Positions 55,486-64,000 of a DNA stretch of 64,000 nucleotides are shown piece after piece. The stretch comes from an uncultured Bacilli bacterium. Lineage in GTDB: Bacteria > Bacillota_I > Bacilli_A > RF39 > UBA660. The stretch's first letter is position 1. Every line of letters begins with the position of its first letter. Where the stretch lies: positions 40,050 through 104,049 of the forward strand of contig CALVRR010000001.1 of assembly GCA_944358705.1 (NCBI GenBank). Reading direction: 5' to 3'. The translations under genes were made by a program, and so were the position numbers. The notes under the pieces are model-generated. The model made no database searches, was not told the origin of the DNA, and saw nothing but the letters and a program-made list of their open reading frames with translations.

Positions 55486-55650
55486 ATGAAAAAAAGATGT
55501 AGTTTTTGTAAAAAAGAAATTGGTTTTTTTGTAAAAGAATGTCCTTATTGTTATGAAACACTAAAAGTACCTATTCTTATTTGGGTTTTATTATTGATAG
55601 TATTACTTATATGCTTAGGAGTGGGACTTTATTTAGGAATGCAGGGTTAA
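55486..55650 (+). CDS. Small zinc-ribbon plus TM protein (54 aa), not in the ORF track
   Basis: MKKRCSFCKKEIGFFVKECPYCYETLKVPILIWVLLLIVLLICLGVGLYLGMQG: CxxC...CxxC followed by one TM helix. RBS GGTGGGTGG. Confidence 0.4.
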   Translation: MKKRCSFCKKEIGFFVKECPYCYETLKVPILIWVLLLIVLLICLGVGLYLGMQG

Positions 55651-55665
55651 GTTCTATGTGTCAAC

Positions 55666-55695
55666 TTGACATTTTTTCGTTTGTTATGGTATAAT
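55666..55695 (+). promoter_or_regulatory. Promoter (TTGACA, 18-nt spacer, TGgTATAAT) for the GH25 gene
   Basis: TTGACA at 55666-55671; TATAAT at 55690-55695 preceded by TGG. Confidence 0.6.
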
Positions 55696-55721
55696 TTGCC
55701 TACACGAATGGGGGTAGTGTT

Positions 55722-57446
55722 ATGGCTAAATTGAAGCTTAATAAAGGAAAGCTAGCAGGAGTACTAGCAGGACTTGTTTTAACTGGAACAATTGGTGGAC
55801 TTACTTATCAATATTTAACTTCTGAAGATGGTGATACTAAGCAAGAAAATCAAATTGGACATCATGATCTTATACCTCTTCCTTTTCTTTCTGTAGATGA
55901 TGAAGATTTTGTGGTTTTAGATATTGGTGATCATCAAGATATAGGAACTTATTTTCAAAATCAAAAGATGAAGTTTTGTAATGAAAATGATATTTCTTTA
56001 GGTGTTATTGTATCTACTACCGCAACAGATGAAGCTGCTATTTATGATGATGTTGAATATGTAAAAGGAGTATTGTCTCAGTATCAAGTGGATTTTCCTG
56101 TTTATTTAGATATTAATCGGTTAATGGAAAATAAAAGTCTAAATACAGAAATGAAAACTAAAATTGCTAAAGACTTTTTAGAAAAATGTGCTTCTAATGA
56201 CATTTATGTTGGAGTTTATGGAACAGATACTAATTTATGTCGTTTTAAAAAGTATTGTAATATTTTTTCGTATGATGCTTTCCTAGTTATGGATCAAGAA
56301 AATATTCAATATGATGGTATTTACTATGTTGTAGAAGATTTGGAAGGTAATATTACTGCTAGTACTGATTTAGCGGTTGCTATTGATAATAATGGTAATA
56401 ATACTAGTGATGGATTTGTACAAGATGGTTCTTATACGGTAGGAGCAGAAGATGATTTGATTGATATTGCTTTGCAGAGTGGTATGAGTGTCGATGAGTT
56501 GCTAGCATTTAATGAAATGAGAGACTCTGAGGTTAGTGAGGGTGTAAAACTTCGTATTCCTAGTAATGTTGCTCCTGCCGTTGGTACGGGTGAATATGTA
56601 CGGGTTGATACACCACTTATTGGTTGTGATATTTCTTATGCTCAAACAGATAATATTGATTGGGGTAAAATGAAAAAAAATTTTGAATTTGTAATTATTA
56701 AGTGTTCAGAGGGAACTACGTTAGACAGTTACTTTGATACTAATATTAAAAATTGTAATACTTATGGTATTCCTGCTGGTGCTTATTGTTATAATGGATT
56801 TCATCTTGATAATACTGCTTCTTTAGATAATTTTATTCTTAATCAAAGAGAACAAGCAGATTTTGCGATTGAAGCATTAAAAAATAAAAAGATTGATTAT
56901 CCAGTTTATTTGGATGTAGAAATTCCAAGTGGAATGAAATGGGAAGACCTTTATAATAAAGAATATGTTTCTACGATGTTTAATATTTGGGTAGAAAAGA
57001 TGGAGAAAGCTGGATATATTCCTGGACTTTATTGTAATCAGAGTGGTCTTAATTTTTTACAGAGTTGTGTTGATTATGACTTGTCTGAAAAATTTGAATT
57101 ATGGGTTGCTGGTGGAGATCAATATACTGGTGAGACTCGTGATATTGAGTTTAGTGATGTTCGTCCATCTTCTGTCTTAGATACTCTTGAAAATGTTACT
57201 ATCGCTCAGGCAACAGATAGTGCAGTTAATGCGGGTGCTGGTAATGGCAGAGGACATTTGGATATTAATTATTCCGAAGTGGATTATACTCAGGAGATTA
57301 CTGAATATGAGGGGGATACTTTTCCATTAAAAGAATTTACTCGTATTCCGGATGAAGAAATTTTGGCTGGCTGTGGTCTTGGTTTTGCAGGTGTTTTAGG
57401 TGCGACTATTTGTCACCGGATAAAAAGTAAAAAAAGAAGTAAATAA
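55722..57446 (+). CDS. Membrane-anchored GH25 muramidase with a LysM domain and an additional degenerate GH25-like domain
   Basis: Active-type domain: GCDISYAQTDNIDW, FVIIKCSEG, GAYCY, YLDVEIP (DxE). LysM: YTVGAEDDLIDIALQSGMSVDELLAFN...KLRIP. The upstream domain has VLDIGDHQ and YLDINRL (the Glu position reads Asn). TM helices at both termini. Confidence 0.8.
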   Translation: MAKLKLNKGKLAGVLAGLVLTGTIGGLTYQYLTSEDGDTKQENQIGHHDLIPLPFLSVDDEDFVVLDIGDHQDIGTYFQNQKMKFCNENDISLGVIVSTTATDEAAIYDDVEYVKGVLSQYQVDFPVYLDINRLMENKSLNTEMKTKIAKDFLEKCASNDIYVGVYGTDTNLCRFKKYCNIFSYDAFLVMDQENIQYDGIYYVVEDLEGNITASTDLAVAIDNNGNNTSDGFVQDGSYTVGAEDDLIDIALQSGMSVDELLAFNEMRDSEVSEGVKLRIPSNVAPAVGTGEYVRVDTPLIGCDISYAQTDNIDWGKMKKNFEFVIIKCSEGTTLDSYFDTNIKNCNTYGIPAGAYCYNGFHLDNTASLDNFILNQREQADFAIEALKNKKIDYPVYLDVEIPSGMKWEDLYNKEYVSTMFNIWVEKMEKAGYIPGLYCNQSGLNFLQSCVDYDLSEKFELWVAGGDQYTGETRDIEFSDVRPSSVLDTLENVTIAQATDSAVNAGAGNGRGHLDINYSEVDYTQEITEYEGDTFPLKEFTRIPDEEILAGCGLGFAGVLGATICHRIKSKKRSK

Positions 57447-57475
57447 CTTTTTGTTGCTATTTTCTGATTGTTGAT

Positions 57476-57507
57476 AAATAAGTAAGATTATTTACTTATT
57501 TTTTTAT
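57476..57507 (+). terminator. Rho-independent terminator after the GH25 gene
   Basis: Stem AAATAAGTAA / TTACTTATTT followed by a T-run (AT-rich stem). Confidence 0.6.
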
Positions 57508-57587
57508 TTTATGAAGTTTTTTTCTGCTAAAAATCAGTTTTAACTATTATGTAATACATGTTATAATATTTTTAAAAGGAGAGTATT

Positions 57588-58148
57588 ATGAGAAAAATAA
57601 CTTATGTTACGGGAAATTGGTCGAAAATATTAAGTGCGAAACAAATATTGGAACCTCTTGGTATTGAAGTTTCTAATGTTAAGATGGAAACTACAGAAAT
57701 TCAGGCGGATACAGTGGAAGAAGTCGCAATGCATTCTGCGAAAGAAGCAAGTGATAAATTAAAATGTAGTGTATTAAAAAATGATACAGGATTATATGTG
57801 GAAGCTTTAAGAGGTTTTCCTGGTCCTTATACTCATTATGTTGATGAAAAACTTGGTGAAGATGGGATATTAAAACTTTTAGAAAATGTGGAAAATAGAA
57901 ATGCTTGTTTTATTGAAGCGTTTGCTTATTGTGAGTATGGAAAAGATCCTATTGTTTTTAAATCTATTACGAAAGGTACTATTGCTAAAGAAAAGTCAGG
58001 AAAGTATGGTTGGAGTTGGGATTTTATTTTTATTCCAGATGGTTATGATAAAACTATGGGAAACTATCCAGATGAAGAAAGGTGTATGGTTTGGAATACC
58101 GATGCTTATTATGAAATAGCTAAATATTTCAGTGATAAGGATAAATAG
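57588..58148 (+). CDS. Ham1/ITPA family non-canonical NTP pyrophosphatase (second copy, divergent subtype)
   Basis: ITYVTGNWSKILSAKQIL, EIQADTVEEVAMHSAKEA, NDTGLYVEALRGFPGPYTHYV, YGWSWDFIFIPDGYDKTMG. Confidence 0.8.
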   Translation: MRKITYVTGNWSKILSAKQILEPLGIEVSNVKMETTEIQADTVEEVAMHSAKEASDKLKCSVLKNDTGLYVEALRGFPGPYTHYVDEKLGEDGILKLLENVENRNACFIEAFAYCEYGKDPIVFKSITKGTIAKEKSGKYGWSWDFIFIPDGYDKTMGNYPDEERCMVWNTDAYYEIAKYFSDKDK

Positions 58149-58152
58149 GATT

Positions 58153-59124
58153 ATGAAAGAAATTGGATGTCATTTTAGTTTTGAATCTATTTATGGTAAT
58201 CCTTATCACGCTACGGATTTATTATTTAGTTCTGGGCGTAATTGTTTAAGATATATTTTACGAGAAAAACATATTACTACTTTGTTTCTTCCTTATTTCT
58301 TATGTGAGTCGTTAAGTGAAGTATCTAGTTTTGAAGGAGTTCAAATAAAATATTATCACGTCAATCAAAATCTTTTTCCAGAAGGAATTTGTGAGAAAGA
58401 TTTTCATGAAGAAAGTTATTTATACTTGGTTAATTATTATGGGTTATTAAGAGATGAAATTGATGATATTATTCGTAAATATAAATATGTTATTGTAGAT
58501 AATACGCATGACTTTTTTGATACTAAATTTCATGATGCAGATGTTATATATAATTATAGAAAGTATTTTGGAGTTCCTGATGGTGCTTGTATTGTTAGTC
58601 AAGATTTGACTTTAAGTTCTGAATATAAAAATGGAAAGAGTTTAGGAAAAATTATAGAAATGGTAGAAAGAGATGAGAGTGATAAATTTCTACATTATCC
58701 ATCTTTTTTAGAAGCTGACAAATTTTTTAGAAATGAAGAATTGGTTTATATGTCGAATTTTACAAGAAGTTATTTAAATGCCTTGGATTATGATAGTATA
58801 CGTGATAGAAGGTTAGAAAACTTTCGATTATTAAATTCTATGTTGTCTAGTTATAATGAATGGGAATGGGAAGAGAAAGAATTAAGTTATATGTATCCTT
58901 TTCTTATACAAGACGGGGAGCGTTTGAGAAGGTATTTAAAAGAAAAAAATATCTATGCTGTTAAATTATGGCCTAATGTATTATGGAATGGAAGTAATTC
59001 TAGTGAGAAAGAAAGAGTAGAAAATATGGTTTTGTTACCTATTGATCAAAGATATTCGAAAGATGAAATGGGATATATTTCGAAAACAGTGAAAGAATAT
59101 TGTTATCAGTATCAGCGAAAATAA
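58153..59124 (+). CDS. Hypothetical protein, possibly a DegT/DnrJ/EryC1-like PLP-dependent aminotransferase fold
   Basis: SGRNCLRYILREKHITTLFLPYFLCESL, VIVDNTHDFF and YNYRKYFGVPDGACIV (candidate PLP lysine). By-eye similarity only. Starts 5 nt after the Ham1 stop. Confidence 0.4.
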   Translation: MKEIGCHFSFESIYGNPYHATDLLFSSGRNCLRYILREKHITTLFLPYFLCESLSEVSSFEGVQIKYYHVNQNLFPEGICEKDFHEESYLYLVNYYGLLRDEIDDIIRKYKYVIVDNTHDFFDTKFHDADVIYNYRKYFGVPDGACIVSQDLTLSSEYKNGKSLGKIIEMVERDESDKFLHYPSFLEADKFFRNEELVYMSNFTRSYLNALDYDSIRDRRLENFRLLNSMLSSYNEWEWEEKELSYMYPFLIQDGERLRRYLKEKNIYAVKLWPNVLWNGSNSSEKERVENMVLLPIDQRYSKDEMGYISKTVKEYCYQYQRK

Positions 59125-59165
59125 ATATGATATTTATTTTTTTGATATTCTTGGTTAGAAAAAAG

Positions 59166-59193
59166 GTTTAGTAAATTGTTACTAAACTTTTTT
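59166..59193 (+). terminator. Rho-independent terminator
   Basis: Stem GTTTAGTAA / TTACTAAAC with loop ATTG, then TTTTTT. Confidence 0.7.
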
Positions 59194-59203
59194 GTGGTAT
59201 AAT
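59176..59203 (+). promoter_or_regulatory. Promoter (TTGTTA, 16-nt spacer, TGgTATAAT) overlapping the preceding terminator
   Basis: Extended -10 TGGTATAAT at 59195-59203; the -35 lies in the terminator 3' arm. Confidence 0.5.
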
Positions 59204-59221
59204 ATTTTTGAGGTGATTGTG

Positions 59222-60451
59222 TTGCGAAAGGTAGCAATTATAGGAGCTGGAGCTGCTGGTTTAATGTGTGGAATTCATGCCGTTAGCAAACATACAGAAG
59301 TTGTTTTGTTTGATAAAAATAGTGTGGCTGGAAAAAAGCTTTTAGCGACGGGAAATGGTCGTTGTAATTATTGGAATAGTGATCAAGATTTCTCTCATTA
59401 TCATAGTAGTGAAGAGGATTTGTTACCTTCGATTATTACGAAGGATTTGCAAGAGGAAGTCTTAAAGTTTTTTGATTCTTTAGGTGTTGTTCCTAATATT
59501 AAGAATGGTTATTACTATCCATATTCTAATCAAGCTAGTAGTATTCGAGATTTATTAGTAATGGAAGCTCGTAAGAGAGGAGTTTTATTTTCTTTTGATA
59601 CGGAAATTTTAGATTTATATAAAGAACAGAAAAAATTTGTTGTTGTAGATTCTCAAGGAAAAGAGTATTTTGATGATTTAGTAATTGCTACTGGGTCGAA
59701 AGCTAGTCCTAAGACTGGTTCTACTGGTGATGGATATTCTTTTGCTGAAAAATTTCATCATCGTATTTTTCCGGTGAAACCTGCCTTGGTTCAATTAAAG
59801 ACGGATGGGAAATTTTTGCAGGAATGGTCTGGTGTCCGTGCTAGTTGTTGCGTTTCTTTGTATGAGGACGGGGAGTTTGTAAAGATGGAAGAAGGAGAGA
59901 TACAACTAACAGATTATGGAGTTAGTGGAATATGTATCTTTAATTTAAGTCGTTATGTTTCTTTAGGAATACCTTCGAAAAAAGAAAGTTTAAAAATTTC
60001 ATTTTTGCCTTTTCTTAAAGATAAAACGAAAGAGGAAATTTTTTCTTGGTTGGATCAAAGAGGAGAAAAGTTAAAAGACTCTTCTATGGTAGAGTTTTTG
60101 GAAGGATGTCTTCCTTATAAATTGATTTCTGTTCTCTTGGATTGTGCCCATATTTCCAAGCGAGCTACTTGGAAGCAGTTATCTTCTTTGGAGAAGGAAA
60201 GGTTTTATTCTACTGTTTTTTCTTTTCCATTAAATATTCTTGGGACGAAAGATTTTTCGCATGCTCAGGTTTGTTGTGGTGGTGTTTTGTTATCGGAAGT
60301 TTCTTCTAAGTTAGAATCTAGACTTGTTCCGCATTTGTATTTTGTTGGAGAAGTTTTGGATGTCGATGGAGATTGTGGAGGATATAATTTAGGATTTTCT
60401 TGGATGTCTGGAATTTTAGTTGGGAAAACAATACGAGGTGATCAGTTATGA
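59222..60451 (+). CDS. HI0933/BaiN-like FAD-dependent flavoprotein (aminoacetone oxidase family)
   Basis: VAIIGAGAAGLMCG, GKKLLATGNGRCN, C-terminal FVGEVLDVDGDCGGYNL. TTG start at 59222, 5 nt after GAGGTGA and downstream of the promoter. Confidence 0.8.
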   Translation: MRKVAIIGAGAAGLMCGIHAVSKHTEVVLFDKNSVAGKKLLATGNGRCNYWNSDQDFSHYHSSEEDLLPSIITKDLQEEVLKFFDSLGVVPNIKNGYYYPYSNQASSIRDLLVMEARKRGVLFSFDTEILDLYKEQKKFVVVDSQGKEYFDDLVIATGSKASPKTGSTGDGYSFAEKFHHRIFPVKPALVQLKTDGKFLQEWSGVRASCCVSLYEDGEFVKMEEGEIQLTDYGVSGICIFNLSRYVSLGIPSKKESLKISFLPFLKDKTKEEIFSWLDQRGEKLKDSSMVEFLEGCLPYKLISVLLDCAHISKRATWKQLSSLEKERFYSTVFSFPLNILGTKDFSHAQVCCGGVLLSEVSSKLESRLVPHLYFVGEVLDVDGDCGGYNLGFSWMSGILVGKTIRGDQL

Positions 60452-62031
60452 TTCGTGTTCGACAAGTAAAAGTAAAGCTTGCAGAAGAGGATCTTTTACG
60501 ATTTGAGATTGCTAAAAAATTACATATTTCGGAAAAAGAGATTTTGAAGTTTGTTATTCAAAAGAAATCTTTGGATGCTAGAGATAAGGCAAATATTCAT
60601 TATGTTTATGAAGTGGATGTTGCTGTAGAGAATGAAAAGAAGCTCTTAAAAAGAAAAAATAAAGATGTCTTTTTAACTCCAAGAGAAAAGTATCAGATGC
60701 CTGTCCAGGGAAAGGAAGTTCTTTCTTCTCGACCAGTGGTTGTGGGAAGTGGGCCAGCGGGACTTTTTTGTGCTTATATGTTGGCGGAACAAGGGTATCG
60801 TCCTTTGATTATTGAACGTGGGGAGAGAATAGAAGATAGAGTTTCTAGTGTTTCTAAGTTTTGGAAAGATGGAGTATTAAATATTAATTCTAATGTTCAG
60901 TTTGGCGAAGGTGGTGCTGGTACTTTTTCGGATGGTAAGTTAAATACTTTAGTTAAAGATAAGTATTTTCGTGGTAAAAAAGTATTTGAAACTTTTGTAA
61001 AACATGGAGCTCCAGAAGAAATTATGTATTTGCAAAAGCCTCATATTGGGACGGATTTACTTCGTGATGTTGTGAAGAATATGAGGGAAGATATTATTCA
61101 TAGGGGTGGAGAATTTCGTTATTCTTCTTGTCTTACAGATTTATCTATCGAAGATGGAAAATTGGTAGCTATTGAGATTAATGGTAAAGAAAAGATGGAT
61201 TGTTCTGTTTTGGTGTTAGCTATTGGCCATAGTGCGAGAGATACTTTTTCTATGTTGTATGATAAAGGTGTTTCTATGGTTTCTAAACCTTTTGCGGTAG
61301 GTGTTCGTATTCAGCATCCACAAGAGATGATTCAACTTAGTCAGTATGGAACTCTTGATAAAAGATTACCGGTTGCGGATTATAAACTTACTTATACTAC
61401 GAAAGCTGGACGTGGTGTTTATTCCTTTTGTATGTGTCCTGGTGGTTATGTTGTTAATAGTTCTAGTGAAGAAGGACGGCTTGCGGTTAATGGTATGAGT
61501 TATCATGCGAGAGATAGTAAAAATGCGAATAGTGCTTTGGTAGTATCGGTTGGACCAGATGATTTTGGACATCAACCACTAGATGGTGTAGAGTTTCAAA
61601 AAGAACTAGAAGAAAAGGCTTTTTTCTATGGGAATGGTGAGATTCCTGTACAGTTGTATGGTGATTTTAAAAACGGTATTTTTTCTACTTCTTTTCTTGG
61701 AGTTTCTCCGGTTATGAAGGGGAATTATCAATTTAGTGATTTAAACCAAATTCTTCCAGAGATTGTTTCTAATTCTATTAAAGAAGCGATGCCTGTTTTT
61801 GGAAAGAAGATTTCTGGGTTTGACCGGGATGATGCGATTTTGGCAGGTGTTGAAAGTAGAACTTCTTCTCCTGTTCGAATTTTACGTAACGAAGAAGGAC
61901 TTTCTAATATTTTAGGACTTTATCCATGTGGAGAAGGTAGCGGATACGCTGGAGGAATTACTACTGCGGCGATGGATGGAATTAAAGTTAGTGAATGGAT
62001 TATTCGTAAATATCAATCTTTTTCTAAATAA
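60448..62031 (+). CDS. FAD-dependent oxidoreductase (COG2509-like)
   Basis: PVVVGSGPAGLFCAYMLAEQGYRPLIIERG, FGEGGAGTFSDGKL, CGEGSGYAGGI. ATGA overlap with the upstream gene. Confidence 0.8.
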   Translation: MIRVRQVKVKLAEEDLLRFEIAKKLHISEKEILKFVIQKKSLDARDKANIHYVYEVDVAVENEKKLLKRKNKDVFLTPREKYQMPVQGKEVLSSRPVVVGSGPAGLFCAYMLAEQGYRPLIIERGERIEDRVSSVSKFWKDGVLNINSNVQFGEGGAGTFSDGKLNTLVKDKYFRGKKVFETFVKHGAPEEIMYLQKPHIGTDLLRDVVKNMREDIIHRGGEFRYSSCLTDLSIEDGKLVAIEINGKEKMDCSVLVLAIGHSARDTFSMLYDKGVSMVSKPFAVGVRIQHPQEMIQLSQYGTLDKRLPVADYKLTYTTKAGRGVYSFCMCPGGYVVNSSSEEGRLAVNGMSYHARDSKNANSALVVSVGPDDFGHQPLDGVEFQKELEEKAFFYGNGEIPVQLYGDFKNGIFSTSFLGVSPVMKGNYQFSDLNQILPEIVSNSIKEAMPVFGKKISGFDRDDAILAGVESRTSSPVRILRNEEGLSNILGLYPCGEGSGYAGGITTAAMDGIKVSEWIIRKYQSFSK

Positions 62032-62109
62032 TATTTACGTCAAATGCTTTTTTCTACTTTCTTTTTCTTTTTTTATCCTCTATAATGAAGATAATAGGAG
62101 GGATTAAAA

Positions 62110-62982
62110 GTGGATGCTATTTTAAAATTTATTATTGATGCTTTCCCAGCTATTATGATTATTGCTTTCTTTTTTGGATTCACCATCTTTACTATTTTTT
62201 GGTTGAGATGTGGTCCTACCGTTGTTGGTGGTAATAATATATTTTTTCCGAAGAAGAAAAAGGTTCTTCCTACTTCCGTTCCTTCTACGAGTGAACTTGT
62301 TTGTCGGGAGGATTATTTGCATGTCTTTTGGCTTTCTGTTACGTATCGTCTTGTTCCAGATGGTCGAGGAATCCTTGGTGTTTATCTTTTAAAATGGTTA
62401 TTTTCTGGTCAAATTTCTGTAGTTCCTAATTCTACGGACTTTGATTTTACCAAGTTACTTGCTAGTGAAAATTCTTTGGAAAATGTTTTATATAATTATT
62501 TTCTTGTAACAACAAACGATGGAATTGTTCATTTAGAAGATGTAAAGAAATGGGTTTCTAGCAATTATATTATTGTTGTAAAAACAATTGATGATTTTTT
62601 AGATACCGAAACTACGAAATTAAAACAAGAAGGGAAAGTAGTAGATAAAAAAATACTTTCTAATAGTTTTCAAATTGTTAGTGATGATTTATATCGCGAA
62701 GCTAGTGAATTAAGAGGATTACGAATGTTTTTTAAAAGTGCAGAAAAAACGAATTCTCAAGATCAATTTACTAGTGGTCTTTTTCGATATTATATAGTTT
62801 ATGGTCAATTGTTAGGGGTAGAGGATGAAGTGATTTCTTTATTAAAGAAATTTCATCCTGAGTATCTTGATAGTGCTAATTACACGTATGATGATATTTT
62901 AAATGTTATATCCTTGGGAAATTGTGTTTATGAGGAAATTTTATCTGCAAAACGTTGGGCTAGTAATACTATGAATGATTAA
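62110..62982 (+). CDS. Hypothetical membrane-anchored protein
   Basis: GTG start after AGGAGGG. N-terminal TM helix. No family recognised. Confidence 0.5.
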   Translation: MDAILKFIIDAFPAIMIIAFFFGFTIFTIFWLRCGPTVVGGNNIFFPKKKKVLPTSVPSTSELVCREDYLHVFWLSVTYRLVPDGRGILGVYLLKWLFSGQISVVPNSTDFDFTKLLASENSLENVLYNYFLVTTNDGIVHLEDVKKWVSSNYIIVVKTIDDFLDTETTKLKQEGKVVDKKILSNSFQIVSDDLYREASELRGLRMFFKSAEKTNSQDQFTSGLFRYYIVYGQLLGVEDEVISLLKKFHPEYLDSANYTYDDILNVISLGNCVYEEILSAKRWASNTMND

Positions 62983-63008
62983 TATTAGAAGAAAAGGGGA
63001 GATATGAT

Positions 63009-63917
63009 ATGTACGTACCAGATGATGATAACTATATCGTAGATGGAGAAAATTATGCTCCACCGAAGCCACCGCAAGAAAAGAATAATAAAGATAATAA
63101 TTTTATTGTTAAGATTATCCTTTTAATAGTTATTGTGTTGGCGTTAGGATTTGGGGTTTATTTTCTTAGTAGTTTATTCTTTAATGGTGGAAAGAAGGAA
63201 GCACCAAAAGAATCTATTTCTACTACTTTAAGTGTTGATGATCCCGAAATAAGAGAACTTTATGAAAAAGTAACTTATGGAAGAGATAGTAATACTTTAA
63301 ATAAGTATTTAAAAGAACAATTTGTATCGTTAAAAGATTTTAGTAATTACGAAAAATATTATTTTGCTCTTTCTGGGTTAAAAGAAAAAGATTTGGAGGA
63401 GGGAGAAGAAAAGGGATATTACAGTATTTCTGACCGTCGGATGGAAGAATTGATGCAGTCTTACTTTGGAAAGAAAGTTTCTTACTTGCAACAGGGAAGT
63501 ATTCCTATTGTTCTTATGGAAGGTTTTCAAGCAGGAAATACTTTATCTCTTACTTATGATGTTAATCAGAAAAAATATCAAACAACACTTACTACCACAC
63601 CTCCATTAAAAGAGAAGATAATTCCTGTTTCTATGTATTCTTTAGAAAGTGCTAGTATGGAAGATGATGTTATTACCTTGGTTGAAAGAGTTATTTATAT
63701 TAAAAGTAGTATTTCTAAAAATATAGTAAATTATCAAGTCTATAGAGATTATAATCATACCATGTTAATTGACAGTGGTAAGAATATTCCATATGCGGAT
63801 TATCAGAAGGATCCAATTACGATTGATCAATATAAGAAGCAGGGAAATATTATTACTTATCAGTTTAAGAAGAGTAGTGATGGTTATTATTTTTATCAAA
63901 GTTCTATCGAAGAATAA
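63009..63917 (+). CDS. Hypothetical membrane-anchored protein
   Basis: RBS AAAGGGGAG. One TM helix after a short cytoplasmic N-terminus. No family recognised. Confidence 0.5.
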   Translation: MYVPDDDNYIVDGENYAPPKPPQEKNNKDNNFIVKIILLIVIVLALGFGVYFLSSLFFNGGKKEAPKESISTTLSVDDPEIRELYEKVTYGRDSNTLNKYLKEQFVSLKDFSNYEKYYFALSGLKEKDLEEGEEKGYYSISDRRMEELMQSYFGKKVSYLQQGSIPIVLMEGFQAGNTLSLTYDVNQKKYQTTLTTTPPLKEKIIPVSMYSLESASMEDDVITLVERVIYIKSSISKNIVNYQVYRDYNHTMLIDSGKNIPYADYQKDPITIDQYKKQGNIITYQFKKSSDGYYFYQSSIEE

Positions 63918-64000
63918 GGAAACGTTACTCTTGGGTAATGTTTTTCTTTGTTATAAAAGAATAGAAAATATTTGTATTCTTTGGTATACTAGTACATGAG

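Noticed and set aside
1-64000. Search for tRNA, rRNA, CRISPR arrays, transposases, integrases, phage structural genes or an obvious genomic island.
   Set aside because: None found. Intergenic regions are short and explained by promoters and terminators. No T-loop-like GGTTCGAATCC motif occurs outside coding sequence. No recombinase-like ORFs or flanking direct repeats were seen.

Overview
This is a 64-kb chromosomal segment from a very AT-rich, low-GC Bacillota genome. All family calls were made by eye from motifs; no searches were run. An intact pro-sigma-K gene and several spore-associated families (YetF/DUF421, YngK/GHL10, NodB deacetylase) suggest a spore-forming Erysipelotrichia- or Clostridia-like lineage, but taxonomy cannot be settled from the sequence alone. 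I support about 67 CDS, 61 of them on the + strand. Most have AGGAG/GGTGA-type ribosome-binding sites, many have TGnTATAAT extended -10 promoters, and clean rho-independent terminators are frequent. Recognisable housekeeping genes are ftsA-ftsZ, arginase, murE, yqeG-yqeH, dnaG-rpoD-trmK, nfo, a class B PBP, rpmG (missed by the ORF track), efp, ftsK, deoD, an M16 peptidase pair and two FAD enzymes. I found no rRNA, tRNA, CRISPR array, transposase, integrase or prophage genes. The best candidate for an undescribed system is a LysR-flanked, translationally coupled six-gene operon at 39935-45356. It encodes a zinc-PLC-like protein, a PnuC-family transporter, a radical-SAM::nucleoside-2-deoxyribosyltransferase-like fusion, a CYTH::P-loop-kinase fusion, an RdgB/Ham1 NTP pyrophosphatase and a metallophosphoesterase. 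This points to a nucleoside or nucleotide uptake, modification or analog-producing module. Other notable items are: a cytoplasmic protein with five near-identical 258-bp (86-aa) helicase-associated-domain-like repeats; four tandem paralogous GT-C-like membrane proteins directly upstream of ftsA; two orphan prepilin genes; a GH25 muramidase with a degenerate second GH25-like domain and two membrane anchors; and a second Ham1 gene next to a PLP-aminotransferase-like gene.
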